DNA of 64,000 nucleotides, from the NCBI GenBank assembly GCA_964016885.1, contig OZ024747.1:69998001-70062000 (forward strand), in the 5' to 3' direction. Positions 1 through 13,504 of the stretch are shown here, piece after piece (the stretch's first letter is position 1; every line of letters begins with the position of its first letter). Made by a program: the position numbers and the translations under genes. The DNA comes from Eledone cirrhosa. Its lineage: Eukaryota. The notes beneath the pieces are model-generated. The model worked only from the letters and a program-made list of their open reading frames with translations. It had not been told where the DNA came from and ran no database searches.

Positions 1-845
1 ATGTATATATAAATGTGTGTGTGTGTGTATATATATGTGTGTGTGTGGTTGTGTGTATGTGTATATATATATATACATATATATATATGATAGTAGAACA
101 CTGGAGGGTTATATCCACAGTAGTAGAGCACTCAGTCCATGGGACAAGTTTGGTAGAAGTAGTTCCACAACAATTAATACACCATTTCCGAGAAGAATTT
201 ATTTTACCTCAAACGGATCATATATACATACAAATATATATATAGATATATAAATATATATATAAAATATATGCAATTATTATATTATCTGTATATTACA
301 GTACATTATCAAATCAATTTATACATTAATAATAATATAACATAATAAATATTTTAGATCCAAAATTTTTATTAATTTTACATTCTATCTAATTTAATAT
401 TGAATAGTGAGATAATATAATTTCCTTAAAATGTTTCATAAAATCTGCATTTAATGATATGAAAATATAGGTACAAAGGTTCAGAAATCACATTTAATCT
501 CAGAAAGTAATCCAAACTTAAATAGCATCTGATTGGGTTGAATTTTTCAATTCCTTTAAATCCAAATCACCTAAAATTTGCACTCACTCTATGATAGAAA
601 ACTGTGTATTTAGAAGTGTTAATAGTTAATTAAAAACCTTTCCTAACAATTTTATAACAGCATTTATTGAGCTAATTTACAAACACTAGCTTAATAATGA
701 GAAATTTATATTACTAAATTAATTCAAAATTTAGGTTATTTTCAAATGTAATTGAAAATAATAAGCAGTGAGTTTTATTAGAAAAATGGTAATAAAAGTG
801 TGTTTGCACAAAAATGTAAATATCAGGGCATATTATATATATATA

Positions 846-954
<109 letters not shown>

Positions 955-990
955 TTATATATATATACTTATATATATATACTTATATAT

Positions 991-1108
991 ATTATTAGAA
1001 ATGTAAGCTATCGCCGTATTTTGACTAAAGAAATTAAAGAAATTATTTAGCCTGATAGTGGGGTTAAGAACCCTCAGAGAAATGGAAAAAGATGAGTATT
1101 GACGTACA
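991..1108 (-). mobile_element. 5'-truncated copy of the tRNA-headed element at 19958-20130
   Basis: Reverse complement of 20022-20127; stops at the 3' acceptor strand (gacgtac); flanked by (TA)n. Confidence 0.75.
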
Positions 1109-1148
1109 TATATATATATAAATATATATATATATACTTATATATATA

Positions 1149-1183
<35 letters not shown>

Positions 1184-1202
1184 TTATATATACATATATA
1201 CT

Positions 1203-1245
<43 letters not shown>

Positions 1246-1456
1246 TTATATATATCATCATCATATACTTATATATATATATATACTTATATATATATAT
1301 ATATACTTATATATATATATATACTTATATATATATATAAATATATATACTCATATATATATATATATATATACATTTTAATATATATACTTATATATAT
1401 ATATATATAAATATACATTTATATATATATATATATACATTTATATATATATATAC

Positions 1457-1533
<77 letters not shown>

Positions 1534-1613
1534 CTTATATATATATATTAAAGAGTTATTCACTACCCCGATTAAATCTTAACCATTTAACATCTCAGGG
1601 TATGTCATGTATC

Positions 1614-1676
1614 ATTATATTTTGTCTGATGAGGATGTACTCTTGTACATCCAAAATATGTATAATAAAATGTAAT
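1614..1676 (+). ncRNA. Hammerhead ribozyme motif, family B, G12A (probably inactive)
   Basis: 12-bp stem I, CTGATGA (1626), stem II GGATGTAC/GTACATCC, AAAA instead of GAAA, TATGTA-TA. Confidence 0.75.
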
Positions 1677-1757
1677 TGATCAAAATGACATCTATTTTAT
1701 TAATATTTGTATTTTAATACTTATATATATATATATATATACTTATATATATATATA

Positions 1758-1798
<41 letters not shown>

Positions 1799-1815
1799 TT
1801 ATATATATATATACT

Positions 1816-1860
<45 letters not shown>

Positions 1861-1974
1861 TTATATATATATATATATACTTATATATATATACTTACAT
1901 ATATATGTATATACTTATATATATATTAATTATATATATATATATATATATACTTATATATATAATTATATATA

Positions 1975-2692
1975 TCATCATCATCATCATCATCATCATC
2001 ATTTTACGTCCGCTTTTCCCCGCTTGCAAGGGTGGGACGGGTCTTATTCAGCACAGCATCTCTCCACTCGTCACGGTCCTTCGTCATCTCCACCGTGAGC
2101 TTCAATGATCTGAGGTCTGTTCTCACCACCTCCGTCTATGTTTTTCGTGGTCTACCTCTACCACGTCTTCCTTCAACTGGCATTTTCTGGCACTTCTTCA
2201 CCCATCGGTCATCCTCCATGCGCATCACATGTCCATACCACCTCAGTCTCCTCTCCCGTACATTACATTCTATCCCTCTCAGACAGTTTCTCTCTCAACA
2301 CATTTATGGTGGGTCGTTCACGCACATTTACACTGCACATCCAACGGAACATGCTTGCCTCATTTCTCTCCAGCCGTCGCATATCCTCTGCAGTTGCTGC
2401 CCATGTCTCACTACCATGCAGTATCGCGCTCCTCACACAGGTATCATACAACCGGCCTTTCGTATGCAGGGAGAAACTCTTCTTCATCAACAGAGCAAGC
2501 AGCTCCCTAAACTTCTTCCAACCCGTCCTTATTCTAGATACTATGGCCTCGGAACCCCCTCCTCCCATGCTAATCTGATCTCCTAGGTACCGGAAGCTAT
2601 CCACCACTTCTATAGCGCCCTCCTGCATCTGAAAAATGTGTCTATCAATGCGACTTCTACTGTCTAATTTCCCTGTACATCTACTGCATACA
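1975..2692 (-). mobile_element. RTE-clade LINE 3' fragment
   Basis: ORF 2263-2727: FRYLGD, GRLYDTCVRSAILHGSETW; (GAT)n tail at about 1975-2001. Confidence 0.9.
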
Positions 2693-2848
2693 TATTTCAT
2701 ATTCATATATATTGAAGAGTTAAACAAAATTCAATGAGTATATCAAAGAATGAGTTTTACAGTAGATTGGAAGCACTCTACGGTAAAATAATTTTCCGGA
2801 GTTATTAATATTAGAATATAAATATTAATAATATATATGTCATGTATC

Positions 2849-2911
2849 ATTATATGTTGTCTGATGAGGACGTACTCTTGTACATCCGAAATATGTATAA
2901 TAAAATGTAAT
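2849..2911 (+). ncRNA. Hammerhead ribozyme motif, family B, intact core
   Basis: Stem I attatatgttgt/ataaaatgtaat, CTGATGA (2861), GGACGTAC-TCTT-GTACATCC, GAAA (2888), TATGTA-TA. Confidence 0.85.
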
Positions 2912-2969
2912 TGATCAAAAGAACATCTATTTTATTAATATTTATATTCTAATATATATATATATATAT

Positions 2970-3070
<101 letters not shown>

Positions 3071-3356
3071 GTGTGTAAATGTGGGAGTATATATATTGAC
3101 ACAACACATATACATATACATGTAAATATGTGTGTAGAGAGATTACTACTACAGGACTAGAATGGTTTCATTCATGTGGAACATCTCTAGTCCTGTAAAA
3201 GTCATTTCTATATAATAAATATGTTTATTCTCAACTAATATACTGAGTACATTATTTCTGCATCCCATTTGGGATACTATCCTTAATTGTATACATATAT
3301 ACACACACATATATCATATAGATGTATGTGTATATATATATTTTACACACACACAT

Positions 3357-3391
<35 letters not shown>

Positions 3392-3550
3392 CAGGGTCTC
3401 CACAAACTCACTAGACAATTTTATACAAGTTTATATATAAAATTGATTGATTAAAAATTTGCCATTATTATAATAATAAACAAGAAAGATGGTTCCATTT
3501 GTACATCTCTATTCATTTTGTTATACGTATTTCAAAGGCATCTTGTTTGG

Positions 3551-3625
3551 ATTTGTGTCTGAAGAGAACACACAGTGCAGTTGTTATACAACTGCCCAAT
3601 GTCTTTGAAATACGTATAACAAAAT
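3551..3625 (+). ncRNA. Hammerhead ribozyme motif, family C, extended stem II
   Basis: CTGAAGA (3559), distal stem GCAGTTG/CAACTGC, GAAA (3607), palindromic ATACGTAT, imperfect stem I. Confidence 0.65.
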
Positions 3626-3689
3626 AAATAGGGATGTATAAATGAAACCATCTTTCTTGTTTATTACTATATATATACATATAAATGTG

Positions 3690-3799
<110 letters not shown>

Positions 3800-3809
3800 A
3801 AACCATATT

Positions 3810-3875
3810 TATTTCGTTATATATATTTCAGGGATATCATATTAACAATATGTTATGCCATCTTCAGACAAAATA
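3810..3875 (-). ncRNA. Hammerhead ribozyme motif, family A
   Basis: Reverse complement of 3991-4056. Confidence 0.75.
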
Positions 3876-3990
3876 CAATATAAACAGTCTTATAAATAAA
3901 TAGATACGACATACCTTTCAATCACCTTGCATTTGTGAGGTTGATTTGGCAGAAAAAAAAAAAAAACCAAAAAAAAAACCACTTATATTG

Positions 3991-4056
3991 TATTTTGTCT
4001 GAAGATGGCATAACATATTGTTAATATGATATCCCTGAAATATATATAACGAAATA
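3991..4056 (+). ncRNA. Hammerhead ribozyme motif, family A
   Basis: Stem I tattttgt/acgaaata, CTGAAGA (3999), imperfect 14-bp stem II, GAAA (4037), TATATA-TA. Confidence 0.75.
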
Positions 4057-4527
4057 AATATGGTTTTATAAATATAGTTTCCATTTATTTAATATCATAA
4101 ATATACTCCAAATACTTGTTGAGTGCTTTTATATCAGTTATAAATATTTACTCGTTGTTAACCCAACAATTTAAATATAACTTTCCATGTATATATATAT
4201 ATATATGGTTATAAACATATATATATATACACATGTAAATAGTGATGCTTTTCTGAAGTGGAACAGAAGGGAATGATCAGCTGTATAAAGTATTCAATAC
4301 ATTAGTAGAGATGGTTCATATATATTTCATGAAAAGAAGATTCTTACAGGACTAGTGCAGTTTAATTTATTTGAAATCATCAGAATTGATATAAAAAAGA
4401 AAAAAATGAAATAGTTCAACTACTTCAATATGAAACGTATATATTCTTTGCTTAAACTTTAATCTGTTATTTTAATATATATATTATATATATTATATGT
4501 ATATATGTATGTATATATATCTATATA

Positions 4528-4589
<62 letters not shown>

Positions 4590-4604
<15 letters not shown>

Positions 4605-4612
4605 ATATGATA

Positions 4613-4649
<37 letters not shown>

Positions 4650-5091
4650 ATATGATATATAAGCATATATATATATATATATTATATAATATGATATATA
4701 TATATATATTATATAATATGATATATTTGTGTATATATATATGTATCATATAATATGATATATATGAATATGAATATATTATATAATATGATATATATGT
4801 GTATGTATATATTATATAATATGATATATCATCATCATCATCATCATCATCGTTTAACGTCCATCTTCCATGCTAGCATGGAGGATATATATATCTATAT
4901 ATTATATAATATATAGATATATATGTATATATATTATATAATATGATACATATGTATATATATATCTATATATTATATAATATGATATAAATATATATAT
5001 ATATATATATATTATATAATATGATATATATATATCTCAAATAAATAGATTTTTTTTAAAATGACTCTAGTTGCACTTTCGATTCCATCTT

Positions 5092-5124
<33 letters not shown>

Positions 5125-5127
5125 ATA

Positions 5128-5135
<8 letters not shown>
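4590..5135. repeat. AT-rich minisatellite (unit about TATTATATAATATGATATATA) in (TA)n
   Basis: Unit recurs more than 10 times; also at 6340-6420. Confidence 0.7.
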
Positions 5136-5194
<59 letters not shown>

Positions 5195-5592
5195 TAATTA
5201 CATATGCATGCTAAGTCATTTAACTGAATCATTAACAAAATTTACACCATAACTAAAGCTCGTGTATTATTTACACAATACATGAGTTCATGTGAAGTAT
5301 TTTATACATACATTTTATATTTTATATTAATTGATTTTTATTTTATTCAAACCATCAAGCATGACCTGCTTTTTTGGTGAGAGAAAAAGCTATAGTAGGT
5401 ATTTCAGAGATAAACCTAGAAAAGAATAGAAAAAATATGATGTGGTAATGAAAATTAAGGTGTACTGTGCTCAGGTGTACAAATATATTTCTTTAAATAT
5501 ACAATGTACCTTATTGTGTGAAGAATTACTTTGCTGTTGATTAAGAAATAGAAATATGAAATTTTATAATTAACGAACACTATATACATATA

Positions 5593-5777
5593 GTTTCTAC
5601 TTTTGGCATAAGACCAGCGATTACCCCAGTGCATCACTGATACTTTATTTTATCGACCCCGTAAGGATGAAATGCAAAGTTTACTTCAGCGAATTGGAAC
5701 TCAGAACACAAAGAGCCCTAACTCAATGCTGCAAAGCAAGGTGTCTGACGCTCTACCGATACTGCCAAACCACCGCA
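5593..5777 (-). mobile_element. tRNA-derived SINE family 1
   Basis: Reverse complement of the 31460-31649 type. Confidence 0.85.
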
Positions 5778-5859
5778 CTATATATATGACAAAATGTCTC
5801 CAGTTCATCCTGTAAAATATTAAAGCTGGTGACATGATAAAAAGGGCCAAGTCCTCCCT

Positions 5860-6065
5860 AAATATGGTTGTGTTGGTTACATGACAAAAACAACCCAGTC
5901 CACACTGTAATGTGATTAGGGGTATGAAGTACATCCAGCCAGAGAAACTAAACCTGAATACAGATCTGTATGAGCAATATGTGGTTTTCTGATATGCTGT
6001 GTCTCCTAATGTGACAACACATTTAACCCATGCAAGCATGGAGAATTGATGTTAATCGATGATAG
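5860..6065 (+). mobile_element. Decayed RTE/SINE 3' tail
   Basis: cagtccacactgtaa...catccagcc...aacccatgcaagcatgga, similar to 27270-27440. Confidence 0.65.
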
Positions 6066-6086
6066 TAACTGCGATATATATATATA

Positions 6087-6137
<51 letters not shown>

Positions 6138-6313
6138 ATATTCAGGACCCCGACTGAGGTCTGGCCCTTTCCACAGCTAGATCTAGACTCTCTGGTGGGT
6201 TATGATCCACCTGGTATTTTACCACACCTTTTCTAATATATATATATATATGTGTGTGTGTGTGTATGTGTATGCTATATTGCAGCTACAACTTCAATTT
6301 ATACCTATATTAT

Positions 6314-6345
<32 letters not shown>

Positions 6346-7406
6346 TATATAATATGATATATATGTATATATATATATATCATATAATATGATTATGTAT
6401 TTATATTATATAATATTATATATATATTTATAATTACATATTCATTTTAAGTCATTTAACTGAATCATTAAAAAAAATTACATGTTAACTAAAGCTAGCA
6501 AAGCTTTTTACACAATACAAGAGTTCATATCTGTAGATATATATGAACCAAAGAACTTAATGACCAATGTGATATATGAATATGAATTTCATGATCAACT
6601 TTGTTACATCACTCAAAGAAATATTACTATAACATCAGTTAACCATATACATTTACCATATACATTACATGTGCCATTGCATTATGATTGTTTACAACGC
6701 AAGCATACCTACTTGATAGGACAACATTTGTCATGAATGCTGCAATTCTATATAGAATTCAACACAAAGCAAGACGAACATTCTACAATATCAGAATATA
6801 CACAAAAAAATTAACACATAGAGACAACATACATAAAATCACTTATAATAACTGGCATGCTTCAACCATTCAGAAAGTTATTATGAGGTGTCAATGATCT
6901 CTCCTACCACTTCCATGATACTTTATGATCACTGCAAACCATGTGACCTGACCAATATGCCTCAAGTGCCACCATTCTGATTTTGAAGTTGGAGCTGTGA
7001 AGGGTTTGAATTATATGCACACACACACACACACACAAACGTGTGTGTGTGTGTGTGTAGACATATATATATATGTATATATTCATATATATATATATTT
7101 AGATTAAGTGAGAATAAACTATTTATGGGAGTACAAACTCATTGAGATGTTTAAGTATTAGTAGAGACTAATTAACCTTTAATTAATGTAATATATATAT
7201 AAATATATACACTACCATTCTATACATAAAAATATTGGAGATTTTATTTAATGATTTATTGATTAAGACATTCTATATAAAGATACTTCAATCCTTCCTA
7301 GAGCTTCTTCCCTTTGACAATTTCATTAATGTTTTCTGTATATCTTTTAATCATTCTCAAACATATCTATACAAAATTATGATAACATTTTTCTAACTTT
7401 CCATCC

Positions 7407-7478
<72 letters not shown>

Positions 7479-7639
7479 ACCTTCCTACTTACCTACCTAA
7501 TTATCTATCTATCTATCCATCCATCTATCTATCTATCTTCTAACTCCGATAGGGATTTGTGCTGTGATCTTGGTATTTCTTGTTACTGTCCAAAAATAAA
7601 TACATTGTTAAATATAGACTGACAGTTAAGCAACTAGAC

Positions 7640-7686
<47 letters not shown>

Positions 7687-8832
7687 CAGATAGATAGATA
7701 GATAGCTAGATAAATAGATAGATCAATTGATTGATAGATAGATCATTTTCTTTTTATTTGCCACCAGGGCATCAAAAAGTGGGACAAGTACAATGGGGGG
7801 AGTTTACATAACAAGGCGTCCTCAATAAGGAGGAGGCAATAACAAAATATAAAAATAAAATAAAATATAACAAGATAAAATTTATAACAAAATCCTCAAT
7901 AGAGAGGAGGCGCCTTGGGGGGGTCGCACCCCCCCCCCCCCCCAAAAAAAAAGTGTGCAACCCTTCTCCTCAGGAGCACAGAGAGGGGGTACTCCCTTGG
8001 TCTTTCATCTTCCTCACCTATAGTCTGAGATAGATAGACAGTTAGATAGGAAGATAAATAAGCAAATAAATAGATATAGAGATGTTTTTTTTTAATCTCC
8101 AATCATTGATAGAAAGCTGACCTCTTTCTACACACAGAGTGTCTGTGTGAGAAAGGAAGGGAGAGAGAGAGTGAAAGAGTAAACAAGAGGCTGGAATGAT
8201 GATAACAAATGACCATTTCCCAAAACAAATCTAGTACAAAGTAGTTTTCAAGTGATACTTGCATTTTATTACCAAGATATAGTAACATGAGCCAATAATA
8301 TATATATATATATATATTGTGTGTGTGTGTGCATATATGTATATATATATATATCACTGAATATCTTTCCTGTCATTACTCCAGGGCATGGAATCCCCAT
8401 TTAGTTTATCTATTTCATTGAGACCATCTTGTAGCATAGCCTGATTACTTGATGTTCTAAAATGAATTTAACAATTTATGTTGGACATAGTTGAGAGTAA
8501 CTGACTGTGAGAAATGTCTACTCTATGACCAATAGGAATTACTGGTCATCAACACATTGCTGCTATTTTGGTGATATGGTCCTAAAACAATGCACCATAT
8601 CCATCTACAGGTCATGCACTGATTTTGGCTCTGGTATTGCCATTCTTCCTAGTTCAATTTATGTTTGTTGCATTCTGTTTGTGTTTGCGAACAGAAAGCA
8701 GAAGGTCACAAATATTCCAGCAATCAATTCCATGTTGTTTTCTTTTAAAACTTGTAAGTTTAAATTAAATCTTGCTATAAATAACCAGATGAGGCATCAA
8801 TAGGGCATAAATATATGTATTATTTCTATATC

Positions 8833-9015
8833 TGACAGTATCGTTAGAGGATCGGGTACTCTGCTTTGCAACAGACAATTACAGCGCTTTATGGTCTGAA
8901 TTCAAATACTGCTGAGGTTAACTTTGCCTTTCAGCCTTACGGGGTTAATAAAATAAAGCACCAGTAATACACTGGGATAATTGCTGACCTTGCGCCAAAA
9001 GTAGAAATGATTATT
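8833..9015 (+). mobile_element. tRNA-derived SINE family 1
   Basis: B-box-like gaattcaaatac, core gttaactttgcctttca. Confidence 0.8.
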
Positions 9016-9214
9016 CTTATATCTACCAACTTATCTCTTTGTATTTTTCACACCCTCCCTCCCCCTCTCTAGTGTTGGAAACACTAAGACTCTCTTCCTG
9101 CTATTTCAAGCATTAAACTAATATATTTCTTCATTGTACTACGCCATTTGTTTTGTTACTTTTTGTTATTTTTCTTATTACTTTTTACAGGAAAAATCAC
9201 TGGACAGATGTTAT

Positions 9215-9415
9215 AGGCAAAAGCAACCAGTAAGAGACACAGGAGTAGACACCAAGCAAGATTGTTGGATAACATACATGAACTTGGCTGGTCATGCCTG
9301 GGGATCCAGCCGGATCAGGTGGAGATGGTTGCTTCTGACAAGACCCGCTGGAAGGAGTATTTGAGGACTCTGCCCCCACAATCCTTCCAGGAAAAAGTAG
9401 GTGAAGATGAAATTT
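9215..9415 (+). mobile_element. RTE-type LINE C-terminal remnant
   Basis: [38 protein letters not shown] resembles RTE ORF ends. Confidence 0.55.
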
Positions 9416-9419
9416 GACC

Positions 9420-9486
<67 letters not shown>

Positions 9487-9546
9487 CGTTTTTGAATTTG
9501 TTTGGCAAGATTCTTTATCTGAAATCGTGTGTTGAAACCGATATTG

Positions 9547-9588
<42 letters not shown>

Positions 9589-9600
9589 TACACATATATG

Positions 9601-9682
<82 letters not shown>

Positions 9683-9918
9683 CCACAGACTCCTCTCTCT
9701 CCACAGATCCTGCACAGTGGGCTAGCCTCCTCCTTGTAAATATGATGTTTCAGCCACTTCGTTTTGAGGGCCTGCTCTTGCGTAGCCATTAGCATTCCTT
9801 CTGTAGCCTTTTTAAGGTCTCCTCTTTTCAACCAGTTCCATGTCTGTGGATCTCTGAATAAAGTCTTCTCAAAGAAGGTACTATGAAGGGTTTTTCATGA
9901 AGGTTACTCTTTCTCCTT
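9683..9918 (-). mobile_element. R4/Dong-clade non-LTR element, inverted 5' segment
   Basis: [25 protein letters not shown]...SPLCRICGE (start of CCHC knuckle). Confidence 0.8.
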
Positions 9919-10180
9919 GATGAAGTCAAAGTGGTCCCGATTGTCATAGGCGCACTAGGTACTATCTCAAAGAGTTTCCAGGGATGGTTAAAGAAAATTG
10001 GCCCCACCCCGCTTTTTGGAACACTTCAAAAGGCATGCTTTCTGGGAACAGCAAGAACCCTCCGATACGTCCTGAATATCTGAGGCTGCAGGTAGTGGCT
10101 TGATATTCATTTCAACAAACTTTCCAGTTAACCAACATCAATGACTGAGACTCAAAGAACAATAATAATAATAATAATAA
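9919..10180 (+). mobile_element. R4/Dong-clade 3' end (REL C-terminus) with (AAT)n tail
   Basis: VKVVPIVIGALGTISK...LQKACFLGTARTLRYVL*. Confidence 0.85.
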
Positions 10181-10510
10181 TCGGGGGGACTGGGAATGAT
10201 CAAGAAAGGAACAACAATATTTGCGAATGATTCCTGGTTTACCCTCTCTGCAAAAAATTGTTGTGACTGGTATTGCACACGTATAGAGAGAGCACTATCT
10301 CTGTAAGATTGATATCCCTCCTTGTATTTACATATGCATATGCACATGTGTATATATGTATACTGTGTTTTTTTGTTTTTTTTAATTATAATCAATGTGC
10401 TGTATTAAGTGGCTTACCAATACACACTGTGAATTTATTTGCCCTAGGTGTCAGAAAGACACTCGGCATATATCTCAGAAACAATAATGAAAGAAAATAA
10501 AAATAATAAA

Positions 10511-10550
<40 letters not shown>

Positions 10551-10555
10551 TAATA
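10181..10555 (+). mobile_element. Second R4/Dong 3' fragment
   Basis: GGLGMIKKG...IPGLPSLQKIVVTGIAHV; ends in (AAT)n. Confidence 0.65.
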
Positions 10556-10736
10556 ATTGTCTCAACTTTTGGCACAAGGCCAGCAATTACCCAGTGTATT
10601 ACTGGTACATTATTTTATCGACTCCGTAAGGATGGAAGGCAAAGTTAACCTCGGCGGGATTTGAACTCAGAATGGAAAGGGCCGTAACTTTTTGCGTCTC
10701 AAGCATGGCATCCGAACCTCTACTAATACTGCCAAT
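10555..10736 (-). mobile_element. tRNA-derived SINE family 1
   Basis: Similar to 31460-31649. Confidence 0.85.
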
Positions 10737-10948
10737 AATAATAACTATGGATGAGGTGTCAAATTTTTATTAAGTTTATTCAAGGTGTGAGGCACATTTT
10801 GCGATTGATCAGCACAAGGTTCGATCTCTATTGATTGGGTATGACTCTGGAATCATAGATATCAAACTTTGAGCTGGCAAATCACAAAACATGCATCACA
10901 TGAATAAACTTAATGAAAATTTGACACCTTGACCATAATTATTATTAA
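10735..10948. repeat. Diverged palindrome (MITE-like)
   Basis: Arms align across the full length around a centre at about 10837-10850. Confidence 0.7.
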
Positions 10949-10951
10949 TAA

Positions 10952-11175
10952 AATGAGTTACTATAGGTTTATCAAAGTGAGTACTAAATATGTAATCTCT
11001 GGTATATAAAGCTTTCTATGGCTGGATACCCTTCCTATCACCAACCAATATATATGTATCATCAGTACATACTGCAAAGTGGTTGGTGATAGGAAGGGTA
11101 TCCAGCCATAGAAAGCTTTATATACCAGAGATTACATATTCAGTACTCACTTTGGTAAACCTATAGTAACTCATT
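10952..11175. repeat. Near-perfect inverted repeat, arms about 96 bp
   Basis: 10952-11048 vs 11079-11175. Confidence 0.9.
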
Positions 11176-11249
11176 GTTGTTGTATTATAAGCTATGGCAT
11201 CGTACACCTGGTCATATAATTCATGAGGTCACACTTTATATTTAGTCCT

Positions 11250-11295
<46 letters not shown>

Positions 11296-11822
11296 TTGTA
11301 TATATTGTATATATATTATATATATATATAGAGTATTATTTTGAACAATGGCCTTACCTGTCTTAACTAGTAACATCCCAACTAGATATTTGTGCGTATG
11401 TGTGCATATATGTGTGGGCCTTCATACATACCTGCACCTATATGTATATATAGAAACCAGTGATCAGTTTCTATTAAATAATTAAGTATGGCGAGATGTG
11501 TTCATAGCAAAGACGAAAATAAAATTTTAAAGAAAATTGTAGATTTGTGATTTAAACATCGATCAATTTATGCACAAGTGATTTACTAACCACGCTATAA
11601 CTCCATGCACATATTTTCAGCCTCCTACATTCTGATGTAATATATGATAATTATCGTGGGAGGAGGTGTCTGCTGCTTCGGGAGCTTTTACCATACAACC
11701 TAGTGTGAAGCATTGGATGTAGCAGTGTCTTTATGAAATATTCTGTTTCCTCCTCAAATTCCCCTCTCTATATATAGCACACATGCATATATATGCTTTA
11801 ATTCAATGTTTATATGCATATG

Positions 11823-11898
<76 letters not shown>

Positions 11899-11959
11899 TG
11901 TGTGTGTGTCTGTGTGTGTTTGTGTGCTTGTATATATATCTATATATATCAGTTCCTTT

Positions 11960-12078
11960 ATGACCAAGGCATGGTCAGCCGACCAGACACTGCCCACAAC
12001 AGGACAACCCGTCTAACCCATGCTAGCATGGAAGAACGGACGTAAAACCGTGATGATGATGATTATGATGATGATGAT
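11960..12078 (+). mobile_element. RTE/SINE 3' tail
   Basis: aacccatgctagcatggaagaacggacgtaaaa followed by (GAT)n; matches 62365-62460 reversed. Confidence 0.75.
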
Positions 12079-12388
12079 GTATGTGTGTGTATGTATAAAT
12101 GTTTATGATTAGATAGACACAAATTTACATATATATATACATAATATATATATATATATGCATGTGTGGGTGTTTGTGTGTATGTACGTATATATATATG
12201 TGTGTGTGTGTGTGTGAATAAATGTTTATGATTATATATATATATATAATATGTATATGTATGTGTGGGTGTTTGTGTGCATGTGTGCTTCTGTGTGTGT
12301 GAGTGAAAAAATATTTAATTAAATTATTCCTTGATTAAAACATTCTATGTAAGGATGCTTCATATATATATATGTATGCATACATATA

Positions 12389-12637
<249 letters not shown>

Positions 12638-12658
12638 TAAATATATATATATATACAT

Positions 12659-12707
<49 letters not shown>

Positions 12708-12782
12708 TACCGTGTACTCACAGGTTCATTAGACAAGACTTGGTGTACATATATATATATATGTGTGTGTGTGTGTGTATAA

Positions 12783-12858
<76 letters not shown>

Positions 12859-12955
12859 GAAAACACAGGTAAGCATTAAGAGAAGGATTTTATCCAGGTA
12901 TTTACGACTGTTTCAACTGGATCACAAAAAGCAATTTTCTGCTTCCCTAACTATA

Positions 12956-12986
<31 letters not shown>

Positions 12987-13108
12987 TTATACGTATACAT
13001 ACTTATATATATATATATCAAATTATAAATGCAACGAAAGAATAGACAAAGAATGATGTATGTATATATATATATTGGAAATGTGTGAAATCCTTGGTAC
13101 AGTTAGGT

Positions 13109-13269
13109 ATATTTGAAAAAAGGAACAGAATGACTTCTCTTGTAGCTCTAAAATATTTAATTATATGAAATTTCAATCTTACAAGCCAAAAAAAGAAAAA
13201 ATTGAAATATTATAAAATTAACTTGTTTAGAACTACAAGTGAAGTCATTCTTTTCCTTTTTTCAAATAT
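13109..13269. repeat. Imperfect inverted repeat
   Basis: 13109-13152 vs 13226-13269. Confidence 0.75.
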
Positions 13270-13352
13270 ATATATATATATATATTTATATTTAGATCTA
13301 GGTGTTGAAATGGCTGGAACTCAGTCGTCGGAGTCCTGACTCTTTTCCTATA

Positions 13353-13440
<88 letters not shown>

Positions 13441-13504
13441 GTCTAACCCATGCTAGCATGGAAAATGCATGTTAAACGATGATGATGAAATATATAATAA
13501 TGAT

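Noticed and set aside
1052-1082. CTGATAG-hairpin-GAGAAA, hammerhead-like
   Set aside because: Core is not CUGANGA; no stem I or NUH site
8355-8458. Possible minus-strand terminal exon (TSSNQAMLQD...DIQ*)
   Set aside because: Short, no recognisable homology, no partner exons
9190-9410. Strong-looking splice acceptor followed by an open frame
   Set aside because: Downstream sequence reads as an RTE C-terminus
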